Of a stretch of 64,000 bases of DNA, positions 46,905 to 59,750 are shown one piece after another. The notes beneath the pieces are model-generated. The model was not told where the DNA came from. It searched no databases and worked only from the letters and a program-made list of their open reading frames with translations. The DNA comes from Eledone cirrhosa (lineage: Eukaryota): NCBI GenBank assembly GCA_964016885.1, contig OZ024748.1, positions 58,156,001 through 58,220,000 of the forward strand. The letters are read 5' to 3'. Numbering within the stretch: the first letter of the stretch is position 1; each line of letters starts with the position of its first letter. The position numbers and the translations under genes are program-made.

Positions 46905-47070
46905 AGCGTCAGGGCCCCGCCGGCTGAGCTTGATCCGAACTAGCTGTCGAAACGGCCCGTGCTCAGCCGTCGGGGTCCTGACTCTTTTCCTATTACCCAC
47001 TCTACTACCCTAAATATCGAGGTTTCTGTTGTGTTATGGTCCACCTGTTTTCTTACTACACTGTCCTTGT
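46901..47070 (+). repeat. Family F2 module between (TA)n arrays
   Basis: Hairpin aaaagcgtcagggccccgccggctgagc / gctcagccgtcggggtcctgactctttt, then ctattacccactctactaccctaa as at about 20236. Confidence 0.8.
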
Positions 47071-47125
47071 GTATGTATATATATATATATATATATATGT
47101 ACCTACACATTGACACCCCCCCCCC

Positions 47126-47178
<53 letters not shown>

Positions 47179-47207
47179 AAAGAATAGAGGTGTAACACAC
47201 AAGTTAT

Positions 47208-47508
47208 TATATATTGGTAAACGGAATAGAAAATGCTGACAAATTGTTCACAGTTGAAAAATGGTTTAATTAGGAATAAAAGAGTATTAGTGATTGTATG
47301 GGTTAGTATTCAGTTGTGGTTTTAAGTTTTTAAGTTTTTACCGGTTGCGCATTTCTAAATGCTTTTCAAAACCGGTAAAAACTTAGAAACTTAAAACCAC
47401 AACTGAATACTAACCCATACAATCACTAATACTCTTTTATTCCTAATTAAACCATTTTTCAACTGTGAACAATTTGTCAGCATTTTCTATTCCGTTTACC
47501 AATATATA
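47208..47508. repeat. Near-perfect palindrome, ~139 bp arms, with an HHR-like motif at the apex
   Basis: Arms 47208-47346 and 47370-47508 show one visible mismatch. The apex on the minus strand reads TTGAAAA-gcattt ag aaatgc-GCAA-ccgg-TA. Confidence 0.95.
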
Positions 47509-50500
47509 TATATATATATATAAAATGTAGGACATATTATTATTAAAGTTTTCTAATTCGATAGACAGACGGAAAAACAATATCAAGCTAATACGTTGCA
47601 GTAAAACAATATTACTCTCCAATGAAAAGACACTAAATGATATTGACCAGACATCTGGTATGAGTACATTGTTTGGTAAAAAAAAATGCTCATAACGTTT
47701 AGATACCTTCGTAAATAGATTATTGCATTATTTGATTAAAACTTCTGTTTTATTGTAAGCACCGCTCTAGCCACTCTCTACTTAGATACCAACAATAAGG
47801 ATAAAGATTATTAATGAATTATTTTCGCATATGTTATAAGCAACATAACTAGTTAAACCTTCAAATTCTGTTCTTCAGATATTTAGTGAAACCATTCCTC
47901 CATGATGCTTTTATTTTTTATCTGCAGTGACGGCATAAACCATAACCATAAAAGACATTTCAATATCATTTTCTACGAGTGTTCACAGACTATTTTAACA
48001 AAATATGCTTCAAAGAATAACTCTCTTTCTATGAAAGTAACAATGTACATTCAGGAGCGGAACGTATATATGTATTGAGTGTGAATATAAAAGGTAAGTA
48101 AATATCAACTATACATAATGAAAGTATATCTTAATTCTGTCCTTCTTTACGTATTCCTCCATATGTTTCCATTACTAAAATCAGTTATCTTTTTCATTCG
48201 TATGTCCATCATTGTATAATTTATTTTTGTAAAGCATAGTTGATATGTTTTTATTTATAAAAGATTTTTTAAAAATTCAGGTGCCTATACTATAAGAAAA
48301 CTGACAAATAAACGTCATGCAAAAAAAAAAAAGGAGTCGATTGACTACAATATTGTCATTTGCTATGAACTCAACTGAAACATACCTCAGTAATCATACA
48401 ATAATTCACAGCATCTTCAGTGTGGTGACACCATATATTATACTGTTCATTATTTCCTGATCTAACGATCCTTCCATTAAAAAAAAAAAACGGTAGTCAT
48501 TCTGATTCGTCTTATATATGACAGAAAACACTGTTGATTACCATCTTCTTGCCTTATATATCATTTATATATATCATCTATATGTTTGTTCGAAATTATT
48601 TGATATTTTGTTAGTGCATTTCATTTGTCAACAACTACACATTTATTCGAATGTTCCTGCATTTATTATTCATATTGAGGCTTTCATATACAGCAACGTT
48701 TCCTATTCTGTTTCTCATTTTATTCTGTACTGTCCATGTCTACAAATACTCCGAGTCGGGTGTTACAGTCTCTTTCAGATGATGTTTACATATAAATTTA
48801 TTTTTTAGTTTTATTTAGAGGATGTTGATATTGTCCACCATCTATCTTTCTTCTCCTCTTTCTTCATCTCTCCCTAGTCCTCCCTCTCTAAAATGGAGAA
48901 ATGTGAAATATTGATAAATAATTGAATGCTGCAGAAGGCAAACCATTCAAGCTCACAATTCAAGTAAAAATAATTGCAGAAAATTACTTTGCATTATATC
49001 TGCATAAATATCCATGCAAATCTGCAATTTTTTACATTATTTTCGTTGATTGAAAAGGCATGATCAATATTTGGGAGCATATTAATGTTAATTCAGCCTC
49101 AAACTGCCATTCTAATAATTAATGAGAGAATTAATCTTTTCAAGATCTTTAGTTTTGTGTTATGGTGTTAAAAACTAAAGAATCGGCTTATGAACAAAAC
49201 AAATTAGGAAGAATGAAAAATGATATTTCAAATATTAGTATGACATAGTAATAAATTTCTACACAAATTTGATAACCTAAATATTTCTTTGCGTGCAAGG
49301 GTATTGAATAGAATAGAATTGATGTGTAAATCTGCCTTGTTTTTCTTTTCTACCGAACTTAGAATATGACAAAGCCACAATATATTGCAGTAGTTGTTCC
49401 AGTGCCCAAACTTCTAAGTTCAATAACTTGCATTTCGATATTCTGGGTCAGATGATACAAAAGACTAATCTAAAGCAATGAGTTGTCAGATATATTAAGA
49501 TATAAATAAATGCACTACGATATATGTATTTGATAGTTCTTATCAAAGTCGACTGTATGTGAGGCATGGTACTTATGTCTATATATTAACAGTTAGAATA
49601 ACACATATCAATGTATTCTCGTACACAAATTTAACGGCGATCACAGAGCAATATTTTCCTAGTAATGATACACGAATCTAAGTGATAATCACTAAAGCCA
49701 ATTTATATACATATATTTCCAATATAAATACATGTCTAATTTCATTGACAGAAAAGAAAATGTATTTTATCTAGTGATCGTGATGGTGAGTTAATTTGTG
49801 TCTAAAAGTTCATATTAAAAACCAATCCATTCATTTTATAAGTAGGTGTGTAAAGATTCATTTACCGTGTGATTTATATGATTTCTCTTCTTTAAACTAA
49901 ACAATCTATATCATTCTACCTGGTATGACAAAACCATAGTCAATAGGTTCCCAGCCAATCATATGATACGTTTCCAAATATATTTATGTTTGTTTAATTG
50001 TAATTACACATTCTATTTTAGAATTGTTAAAAGCAATGTCTAATTTCGAACTAACAAATAATTGGGAACGTATCTTAATGCTGGCTGGCTGGTGAGGTGT
50101 TAATTATGGTCTTGTAAAGCCAGGCGGAATGCTATTGTAGAATGATATAGATAGAAATTTCACATGTTTAAATGCAAACTGATCGATCTAGCTAAAAATA
50201 CAAAACAAATCAGCGATACAACATAACGTGAGAAAAGAAACATTAAAGATGAATATGAAAACGAATATTCATTTGTCATTAAGTACGTCCGTGAGTATAA
50301 AGAAGAAAATAAAGTGCACTACACACACTTTGTGAAGATAGGTAACATCTTCGATTGAGACTTGACATTTATTTTATTCGAAAACATAGCTATGCATACT
50401 GAGTACTTATTCGTCTCGTTTATTATCGCAAACATACTTGTGTGTTTATGTATATACACACGCACATACAAGAATGTACGTTCACATAAGCATATGTATA

Positions 50501-50625
50501 TATATGTATATATATATATATATAGATATATATATATATATATATATATATAAAGAAAAAAAGATGAAATCGAAAATGCAACCGGAGTCTTATTTTTTTT
50601 TTAAATATATATATTTATTCGGTTC

Positions 50626-50661
50626 CTTTACCGGTTTCGCAGTTCTTCTGCTTTTCAAAAG
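50626..50661 (-). ncRNA. Minimal type I hammerhead motif with U3:A8 variant core
   Basis: Minus strand: ctt-TTGAAAA-gcag aagaa ctgc-GAAA-ccgg-TA-aag, then AATAAA (50614-50619) and a tail to (TA)n at about 50551. Confidence 0.65.
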
Positions 50662-50898
50662 TAGAGTTGAGATGGAGGGTCTGTGGTTTTTCTCACATCT
50701 GGTTGGTCTCTGAATGTTACTTGTTTTATATGGAAAAAGTGGCTCGAAATGCCAGGTTTTTCGAGAAGTAATTTGATTGGTTGGTCAATAATTATAATAA
50801 ATTTCGCGCCAGTTCGCGTTACAATAGTTCTTCAAATAAGAGGAGGGGGTTGTCACAGGTTGTTTTTTTCATATATGAGTATATATATATATATATAT

Positions 50899-51222
50899 AT
50901 ATTGTTATACTTGGGGAGGGTCGTATTTGTGTAATATTGCCAGAATTAATAACAGAACACACTCACTGTTTGGTTGGTTTTCGCTTTTCACTTCTGTGTC
51001 TTTTATATCGGCAATCTAATTTATTCGGTCCTCAATGTTGCCATTGACTGACCGACGGTCAAAAATAATACAGATACAATATAGACACAAACACATATAT
51101 ATAGTTTAACAAAGTTCTTTCGTTGCACACCTGCAACATCGTCAGTGGTGCTATTGTTTCCTCCCGTTACATTGTATGTCTACGCTATTTTATTTAGTCT
51201 AAATAAAAATGGCGTAGACATA
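50899..51222 (-). mobile_element. Family F1 copy with HHR-like motif (51108-51149) and terminal fold-back (51175-51222), between (TA)n arrays
   Basis: Aligns with 39600-39912. Minus strand reads acca-CTGACGA-t-gttgca ggtg tgcaac-GAAA-gaac-TT-tgtt. Terminal hairpin atgtctacgctattttatttag / ctaaataaaaatggcgtagacat. Confidence 0.85.
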
Positions 51223-51289
51223 TATACACATATATATACACATATATATATATATATACACATATATATATATATATATATGCACATAC

Positions 51290-51370
<81 letters not shown>

Positions 51371-51561
51371 TATATATATATATATACACACATCTAAATA
51401 TATATATATACACACATCTATATATATTTATACACACCTATCTATATATATATATATATATACACACCTATATATATATACATATATATATATAAGTATA
51501 TATATACATATATATTTATATATATATACATATATATACATATATATAAGTATATATATAC

Positions 51562-51592
<31 letters not shown>

Positions 51593-51818
51593 CATATATA
51601 TACATATATATATATAAGTATATATATACATATATATATAAGTATATATATATATAGATATAGATATATACATATATATATACATATATATATATATACA
51701 CATATATATACATATATATATACATACATATATGCACACATACCCTATATAGTTATACACACACATACTATATACATATATACATGTATATTTGTATATA
51801 TGTATATATGTGTGTATG

Positions 51819-51891
<73 letters not shown>

Positions 51892-51936
51892 ATGTATATA
51901 TATGTGTGTGTTTATACATGTATATCTGTATATATG

Positions 51937-51968
<32 letters not shown>

Positions 51969-52140
51969 TATGTATATATATGTGTGTGTTTATACATGTA
52001 TATCTGTATATATGCATGTATATATATATATATATGTGAATGTATATATTTGTGTGTTTATATATATATATATATACATGTATATCTGTATATATGTCTT
52101 TATATATATATATACATGTGCGTATATATATATATATTAC
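51223..52140. repeat. (TA)n compound array with CA-type then GT-type interruptions
   Basis: Direct inspection. Confidence 0.95.
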
Positions 52141-52306
52141 ACACACGCGTGTGTGCGTGTGCATGCGTTTTCTCCAACAATTATGATTGATTTAGCTTTC
52201 GTCAGAAACATATTCCGTCACGTAACTCTATATTACCATACCCATGAAAATAGAGATAATATGTAGTTATTCTTTTTATGTCACCCTATTACCTCTTTTA
52301 ATTTAA

Positions 52307-52556
52307 CCCTTAAACGACCGAACAGTTTTATTTATATTTTCACAGTTTGAAAACCTTACACAATCCTCCAGGTTCTACGTAAACGAAACTGTTTTTATTT
52401 ATCTGAAATATTACATCTTAATTTCATGTGATAATTCCATTTTAGAAAACAGAATGGGGGCTTATGTGACAAACATACATTCAAAGATGTAATTATTTGA
52501 AAGATTATTCGAAAATATAAACAATATATTTCAGTTGGAATATGGTAATGAAAGGT
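52307..52556. mobile_element. piggyBac-like MITE, diverged
   Basis: TTAA|CCCTTaaacgacc ... ggtaatgaAAGGT|TTAA: TTAA target duplication with imperfect CCCTT-type terminal inverted repeats. Confidence 0.55.
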
Positions 52557-53984
52557 TTAATGAAATTCCTCTATAATATTTCTTTATAATCACTTGCTAA
52601 GTTATAAAACCAGATATATTTTATTTTCGTTTATATATCCCAAGCAGTCCTTGGACTATTTCTATCTAAATTCACAAATCATAATTATATAAATAATCAT
52701 TTTAAAAAAAACATTTTGATTTTCATGTAATTTACATAAATGCTTGACAGCACGATCGACTATTCATTTGTTCAGGTCAAACGTATATGTAAATTTTTAT
52801 TGAAAATCCATGTGATTTTCGATTATTTCTTCGTTTCAAGTGGTTGCCATTAATATGCAACTATGAAATGCAACCTACGTGTCTTCCTTAGGTTTATGTT
52901 TATTAATCAAAAGGAAATTGTGATTCACTAGCAGCAGAAATGCTGGTGTTTCGGCATTGGATAGGCCGGATCGCATGGCAAACCATGGTGAACATTACGG
53001 ATTGCTTACTGTTATCGTTTTGTTTTCTACACATTTGTGATACTGATTTTCACAGATATTGCAGGTAGTTCGGTTGTTAATTTAGTTGCCCAGGATTTGA
53101 TGCAATAAATTATACATTTCATAGGGTACATCCAATCGATTGTGACAGTACATGAGGAATGTGGTGTTCTATAATCTACGAAAGAAATACTTAACTACAA
53201 ATGATTCGGTTGAGATCCAGGAATAAAATCCAAATAGCCCGAGAGCTAAATAAGTTATCCGTTCTTCGTTGATGCTTCTTCTTTTCATTTATGGCTATGG
53301 GAAAATCATAAATATTTTAATCTAGTATATCTCTGCCTAAAGGTAGTAAAGGTTTTTTACTTGAAGCAACAATAAAAAAGTAAAAATGCTATATGATGGA
53401 AATGGACGCTAAGTAAAATACACCTGCAATAGATTTCACAAATCTCAGAAAATATATAAATATGCTGAGCTCTCTCTATATTTATATTGCCATTCACTCT
53501 CCGTTTCCTTCTCTTTGATATATTTGTGGGGTGGGGGGTTGTGGTCGGTTCTGAATATGAGTGTTGCTATATAGGAAAATTCACGTAAAGTTAATATTCA
53601 GCCCACTGAATATTCCATAGATGCCTGCAAATTTACCTTATGTTTCAGAGACATTCAGCATGACACGGATTGCGAGAAGACTGGCCATTTGAAGTAGAGA
53701 TTCAGATCATGTTTGCCAGCTGAATGGTGGACTGAAATTACGAGAAATAATGTCTTGAGCGGGAGTAAAATATGGCACTGGCATCGAACTCAGGAATATA
53801 GGATAGTTAGGCGACCGCATTATATACTAAACCACATGTCGGTACATGTGAAATAGGATAAGGATAAAGATCCCATTATTCCTTGGTGAGTCGTAGCGGC
53901 ACAGTCATACGGCGTGTCTAAAGAATTTTAAAACCTGATAGAGCCCAACCCTCTCCAGGTCTGTGCACAGCTGATTGTTTCATA

Positions 53985-54845
53985 GAAGAAGAATCGACTC
54001 CAGTACTAGACTGGTAATTTTTTTATCGACTTTAAAAGGATGAAAGGCAAAGTTGGCCCCGGTTGAATTTGAGGTCAGAGTGTGCAATGAGGTGGGAAAA
54101 ATAGCAACATGCCTATATTTAAGGAACAATATTTACAATAAATGAGGTAATGCCAGGTTTATGTGAACATTCACAAGAATGTCCCCAAACATTGTAACAG
54201 GGTTCGCTAAGAAAATAGAATGTTTCTCTTCTCATTGTATATGAACTATTGTTCTTTTGCGTATATTTATGATTTCTAATCTAAAATTTAAGAGAAGGCG
54301 AAAGTCGAGTATATTGATCAGATTCCTGGCTGGTATATTATTGTATGGATCCATGATGAGAAAAACGAAAGTTGACCTCAGACAAATTTGAATTCGTAAC
54401 TAGCCTGACGGAATACTGTGTAACATTTGTCCGACACTAACAATTCTGTCTTCCCATCTTACATTCCCTATACATTGAATTTTTTCATTTTTCTTGTGTT
54501 TATTCTGATTTACGCAATTACTATTTTTTCGGATTATACATTTATTCTATTTTCCTAAATTTATTGCAATGATATTCGACCATGTTCATATATATTTATT
54601 TTCGCTAACGATTTCAGTGTCACAGGAAACACAGCCAGGTTACTGAACCATTCAGATAATAACGTAGCCGTATTGCTATGAATGTGGCGCCGAGTTGGCA
54701 GAGTCCTTAGAACCTCCGTTAGAAAGCTTTGCAGTATTTGTTTCGGCTGTTGGCTCTCTGAGCTCAAATCCCATCGATGTCAACTTTGCCTTTCATCTAT
54801 TCAAATTCGATAACAATTACCAGCCAAGTATTTGTGTCGATTCCT
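53985..54845. mobile_element. Cluster of diverged SINE S1-related copies (about 53985-54080 minus, 54300-54450 minus, 54690-54845 plus)
   Basis: ttatcgac...ggatgaaaggcaaagttg; ctgagctcaaatccc...caactttgcctttcatc. Confidence 0.7.
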
Positions 54846-55032
54846 ACTCTGTTTCATATCCTTCCACCGTATCATTCTCGGGAAGAAATCTCCTTTATTC
54901 TGACCTGGAGAATAGATGGGCTCTGCCTGGTTTCAAAATACCGTAGAAACGCTCTATGTTAAACGGTATCGCTACGACTCCATCAGGATTTACTGGATCA
55001 TGCTTGCTCGCATTGCTATGAATAGTCTACAC

Positions 55033-55322
55033 TAGTCATGAGGAAATCTGCGGCCCGCGAAAAACTCTGAATGGATCACCTACGTCACCTAAGTAAAATC
55101 TTTCTGATTTTTTTTACCCCAACTTTTCAGTCGTAATTTATCTTTCTATCATTTTTACGATGAGGAAAACAACGTGTACGAATTCTTAAGAGACAACTCA
55201 AATCAACCTGAATTACAGCCCTTTTTTTATGTGGGCAGGAATGTAAATTAGCGGTTGCGGCCCGCCAGATGATGAACCATATATCATGCGGCCCGCTTCT
55301 CGAAAAAGGTTTCCCATGTCTT
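55033..55322. mobile_element. Old non-autonomous hAT (Charlie-like) element
   Basis: Imperfect TIRs tagtcatgaggaaatct / aggtttcccatgtctt, three subterminal GCGGCCCGC motifs, and a degenerate 8 bp TSD gtctacac / gcctagtc. Confidence 0.6.
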
Positions 55323-56001
55323 GCCTAGTCAATGTAATAGATACGTAAAGTCTTCAGGCTGGTTGTGCTAATTTGAAGCATCTCAATATAATGAAAAGAT
55401 ATTGCGTTCTTGAACCACAATATTCGAAATGATCAAAACTAGAAATACAGCTGTACCGCAGGCCAATTACACAGCGCATTCCGTTGAGTGAGAAAATAGC
55501 TAAAAGATTTTAGTATTGAATATGATTATATATACAATTCTTTTATCAAAAGTTAGTAGCATTCGCCTCGTAGAAGGAACAGAAATAGATATGATACAGT
55601 AAAGGTCACAACGTTGACAATTTGAAAAATATACTGTAATGTATCCAGTGTCAAAAGTTCAACGTATGTCAGAACCAATTTCAATCTTTCGCTAAATTTA
55701 CGTATTGCCGTTTATTTATTGATACAATAACCATGAACTGTCCTTTTCTTCTAACGCACGCAAAAACTTGTGAGTGTTGTTCATAAATTGGATGTTTTAT
55801 AATTCATGATATTGACTAAAATTATATGTCACTCCTTTGCCAAAATTTTGGCAGAAATTGTCTTCTCTCTAAATTTCGAGTACAATATATGATCTCTTAC
55901 ACTCCCGTTTTAGACGTAACCAAATTGCAGTTTTCAATTCGACATACTTTAATAACAGAATACTGTAGCCTCTGATTAATCTATATTATAATTATTATCA
56001 T

Positions 56002-56420
56002 TAGGCAGTGGATTGGCAGTATCGGTAGAGGGTCGGACGCCATGCTTTGATGCATAGAGTTACGGTCCTTACCATTCTGAGTTCAAATCCCGCCGAGGTT
56101 AACTTTGCCTTTCATCCTTACGGGGTCGATAAAATAAAGTACCAGTAATGCACAGGGTAATTGCTGGCCTTGTGCCAAAAGTAGAAACAATTATAATTAT
56201 TATCTTGTTCCCCCTCTAGGGAAGTGGATTGGCAGTATCAGTAGAGCTTCAGAGACCGTGCTTCTCCGCATAGTTACGTCAAAATGTTGCCGAAGTTAGC
56301 TTTGCCTTTCTGCTTTAAGGGATCGATAAAATAAAGCACCAGTAATACACTGGGGTCGATTTAATCGTTTCCCCCTCCCCCTTCAAATCGCTGACCTTGA
56401 TCCTAAATTAGAAGCAATTA
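56002..56420 (+). mobile_element. Two tandem SINE S1 copies (56002-56192 full-length short variant; 56218-56420 long variant)
   Basis: A box TGGCAGTATCGG, B box GTTCAAATCC, central gcctttcatccttacggggtcgataaa domain and tail. Confidence 0.9.
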
Positions 56421-58713
56421 ACTTGTTCCCCTCTTACATTTCAAATAAAATTGCACCTAAATCAAAGTTAGATTATTATGTTTCAACAAGTGAATATATG
56501 TATTACACGATTCTATTAACATTTTTGTTTTCCAAAGTTTTATTCAAACGATGGTAATATATTCAATTAGATCTTATACGAAGACGTCAACCATTCTCTT
56601 AATGTAGATATTATGAACAAAGTAATGAGAAATAAGTTCACTTGAATAAAATGTGAAACTTTCATATATAATATTTATGAGGATTGGTGTTTCCTTATTT
56701 AATTCTTTATTAATATGTGAAAAAATGTTTTTAGTCAACATATGTCTAAGGTGGGAGCCATACGAGGAAAAACTATTGAAAGTATACAATGGATATATAT
56801 GGGTAGAAAATATGAGATTCTGCACGGAGTGTATTAAAAAAATCAAATCCTAGGTTACAATTACTTCTTTTAAATTATAATTCCTTGATTAATAACTTAA
56901 TGTTTTAATATATTTCTGTGTTTACAAACGTTTATTGTATATGAAGGAACAGAAACAATGATGCACGGGTATATTTGTCACGACATTCCTGTTATATTTT
57001 AACATTTATAAATACAAATAACTAAGGTCGGTACAACAAATAGCAGCTATGTGCCCAGGGCAAATTAATCAACTGTACTCCATTAGAAATATGTGTCCTC
57101 ATTCAAATGTAAGAAATGATTATATGGAATATTGTGATACGGTTTAGAATTCGCTACGGAAAATACCCGTGACATTGATGTATATTTTCGATATAGGACA
57201 TGCACAAATAACTGCAATGTTTGATTGAAAAAGAATGTTGGTTCCTATATCAAACTCTTCCTGTCACATATTGAGGTATCTAGTGTATTTATGGTTGTAA
57301 GTCTATAGTGTGATATGAGTCCCTAAAATGTAAACATATATTAAACATAGATTTATAGAGATTCCACGAGGGGAAATCTCACTGTTTAGTCGAGATTCTA
57401 GAGAGAGGAAACATCTTTCTCCAAGAATGCGCTTCCTTTTTTGTATTTGAATACGACGCATTGAAGATCATAATCCTACAAACGACTTAATCAGAGTGTG
57501 AATGCATTTGATTAGAGAAATGTTCTATCAGGTTTGATCTTCTCTAAAACGACGAAATAGATGAGATATTTGTATATTCAAATTAACTATGTGTTCAATT
57601 ATAGAAGCCATATTTAGTATAAATCGTCTAAAGCTTCTTAGCGAAGAAGCATTTAATCGACCTTTTTTAATATGTTAATTCGTACCCTACTATCCTGAAC
57701 GTATGTGCAATAATCGAATACTTATAACAGCATTCACTAATAATATCTTAATGAAATCCTCTAAATGAAGAAACAATTTTACCTCTTTACTTCATAAGGT
57801 TTCGCTAGTAATTTAAATACGGAAAATGTATCATTCTGAAATATTTTCTTATAGCAAGGATTTCTAAAGAATAATTTGGCTAACACAAATTACTCCACGC
57901 AACATATATCATTATTCGGATTAATTCCGTTTAACAATGAAAACATATATTGAAAACCTACACATGGTGTTGTAATTATTCGAGGATGACATTAAAACTT
58001 ACCTTTCATTAGAAAGTTATTAAGCTCAGTGTAACGGTAAAATTGATACGCAGAAGTAAAATTGTAAATTAAATTTAACGGCTAATTATGGTAGCTTGAC
58101 TAAGTTATATAGATCTTGTTCGCGTTTAATGGCGAGGAGAATAATTTCTCTGCAATGCTCATATAGCTTTAAAACTAAAAACAAGTACGTTTATTTACAA
58201 TGTATTACCATGCAATAACTAAAGAATCAGTCTGAATTTGGAAATTGCGATCTACATTATTGTAAATGTAAATGAAGAAATAAATCTATGAAGATACATT
58301 TGGTTATTGAGCTGTTCGAAGATGTATCAGGCCAGTTAATATTCTGAGTTTAACATTTTACAATATATAGATTATAAGATCTAACAGAATACTTCGAACA
58401 AGACTAAACAAAAAGAGTTGTATGTTTAAAGAACTGCATACACACATTGTCTAACTTAAATCAACACACTGCCAAACTAACCTCCCCGACCCCTCACCCC
58501 CGCGCAAACACACTTATTAAATATATGTATACATGGTTATATATATACTCGGGATGAATGTCTACCGCTTGAACTGTGTTAGTTTGACAACATATCGGAT
58601 CTTTGGTATTTCTTATTCTTAATATATCACCTCTATATGAAACCTGCATTGAGCTTTAAACCTTCTGGTTAAGTATATACCCAATAATAACAAGGTTGTT
58701 ATTATCATTAAAG

Positions 58714-58970
<257 letters not shown>

Positions 58971-59077
58971 GCACCTTCATGCGTCATCATGCCCACGCCC
59001 ATAAGGTATAGCTGATAAAGCATTTTCTTATCATTACTAAATATACCACGAATTATATATAAAATCTGAGTCTCATG

Positions 59078-59126
<49 letters not shown>

Positions 59127-59339
59127 GTGACTATTTTCAATTCCCATACACTGGATTGATTATTTTAATAAAACTTTGATTTATCGTCCACGTAATTATG
59201 TGAAATTTATTAAAGATTCTCATTCTCTATACTAATATTACATTCAGAATTGGAAAACTAACTGAAGTAATAATAATCAATTAGAAATATGTATAATGAG
59301 CCGTAGTGTATTAGATCCAAATAATTTCTTGTATATTCA

Positions 59340-59495
59340 CAGGGCCAGTAATTTTTTTTGGGGGGGGAGGAAAGTCGATTAAATCGACCTCAGTACGTTA
59401 ATGGTGCTTTATTTTATCGAACCCGTAAGAATGAAAGGCAAATTTAACCTCAGCGGGATTTGAACGTAGACCGTAAAGGTACCAATCCACCACCC
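59340..59495 (-). mobile_element. SINE S1 long variant, internally deleted
   Basis: gtcgattaaatcgacc...tttattttatcga.cccgtaagaatgaaaggcaaa.ttaacctcagcgggatttgaac. Confidence 0.8.
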
Positions 59496-59750
59496 TCACT
59501 ACATCCAAATAATAAATCTGAATAAGACTTCGACATTTCGCATGTCAGGCTTTCATACGATATAAAAGAACTTCTAATTATAATTAACAAAAAAAACGTT
59601 TTTCTTTGTTCCTGGCTTGTATCACTCTTTTGTGTTGCTTAGGTCCCAAATAAATGAAAGAAAGTGCTATTGAACAGTTAAAAGTTTTGGTTTGTAAACA
59701 TTCTAAGCTATTATTTGTATGCTGGATTTTACATTGTATGTAAATGTTTA

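Noticed and set aside
56002-56100. Possible tRNA gene (A and B boxes)
   Set aside because: No cloverleaf; it is the head of a multicopy SINE.
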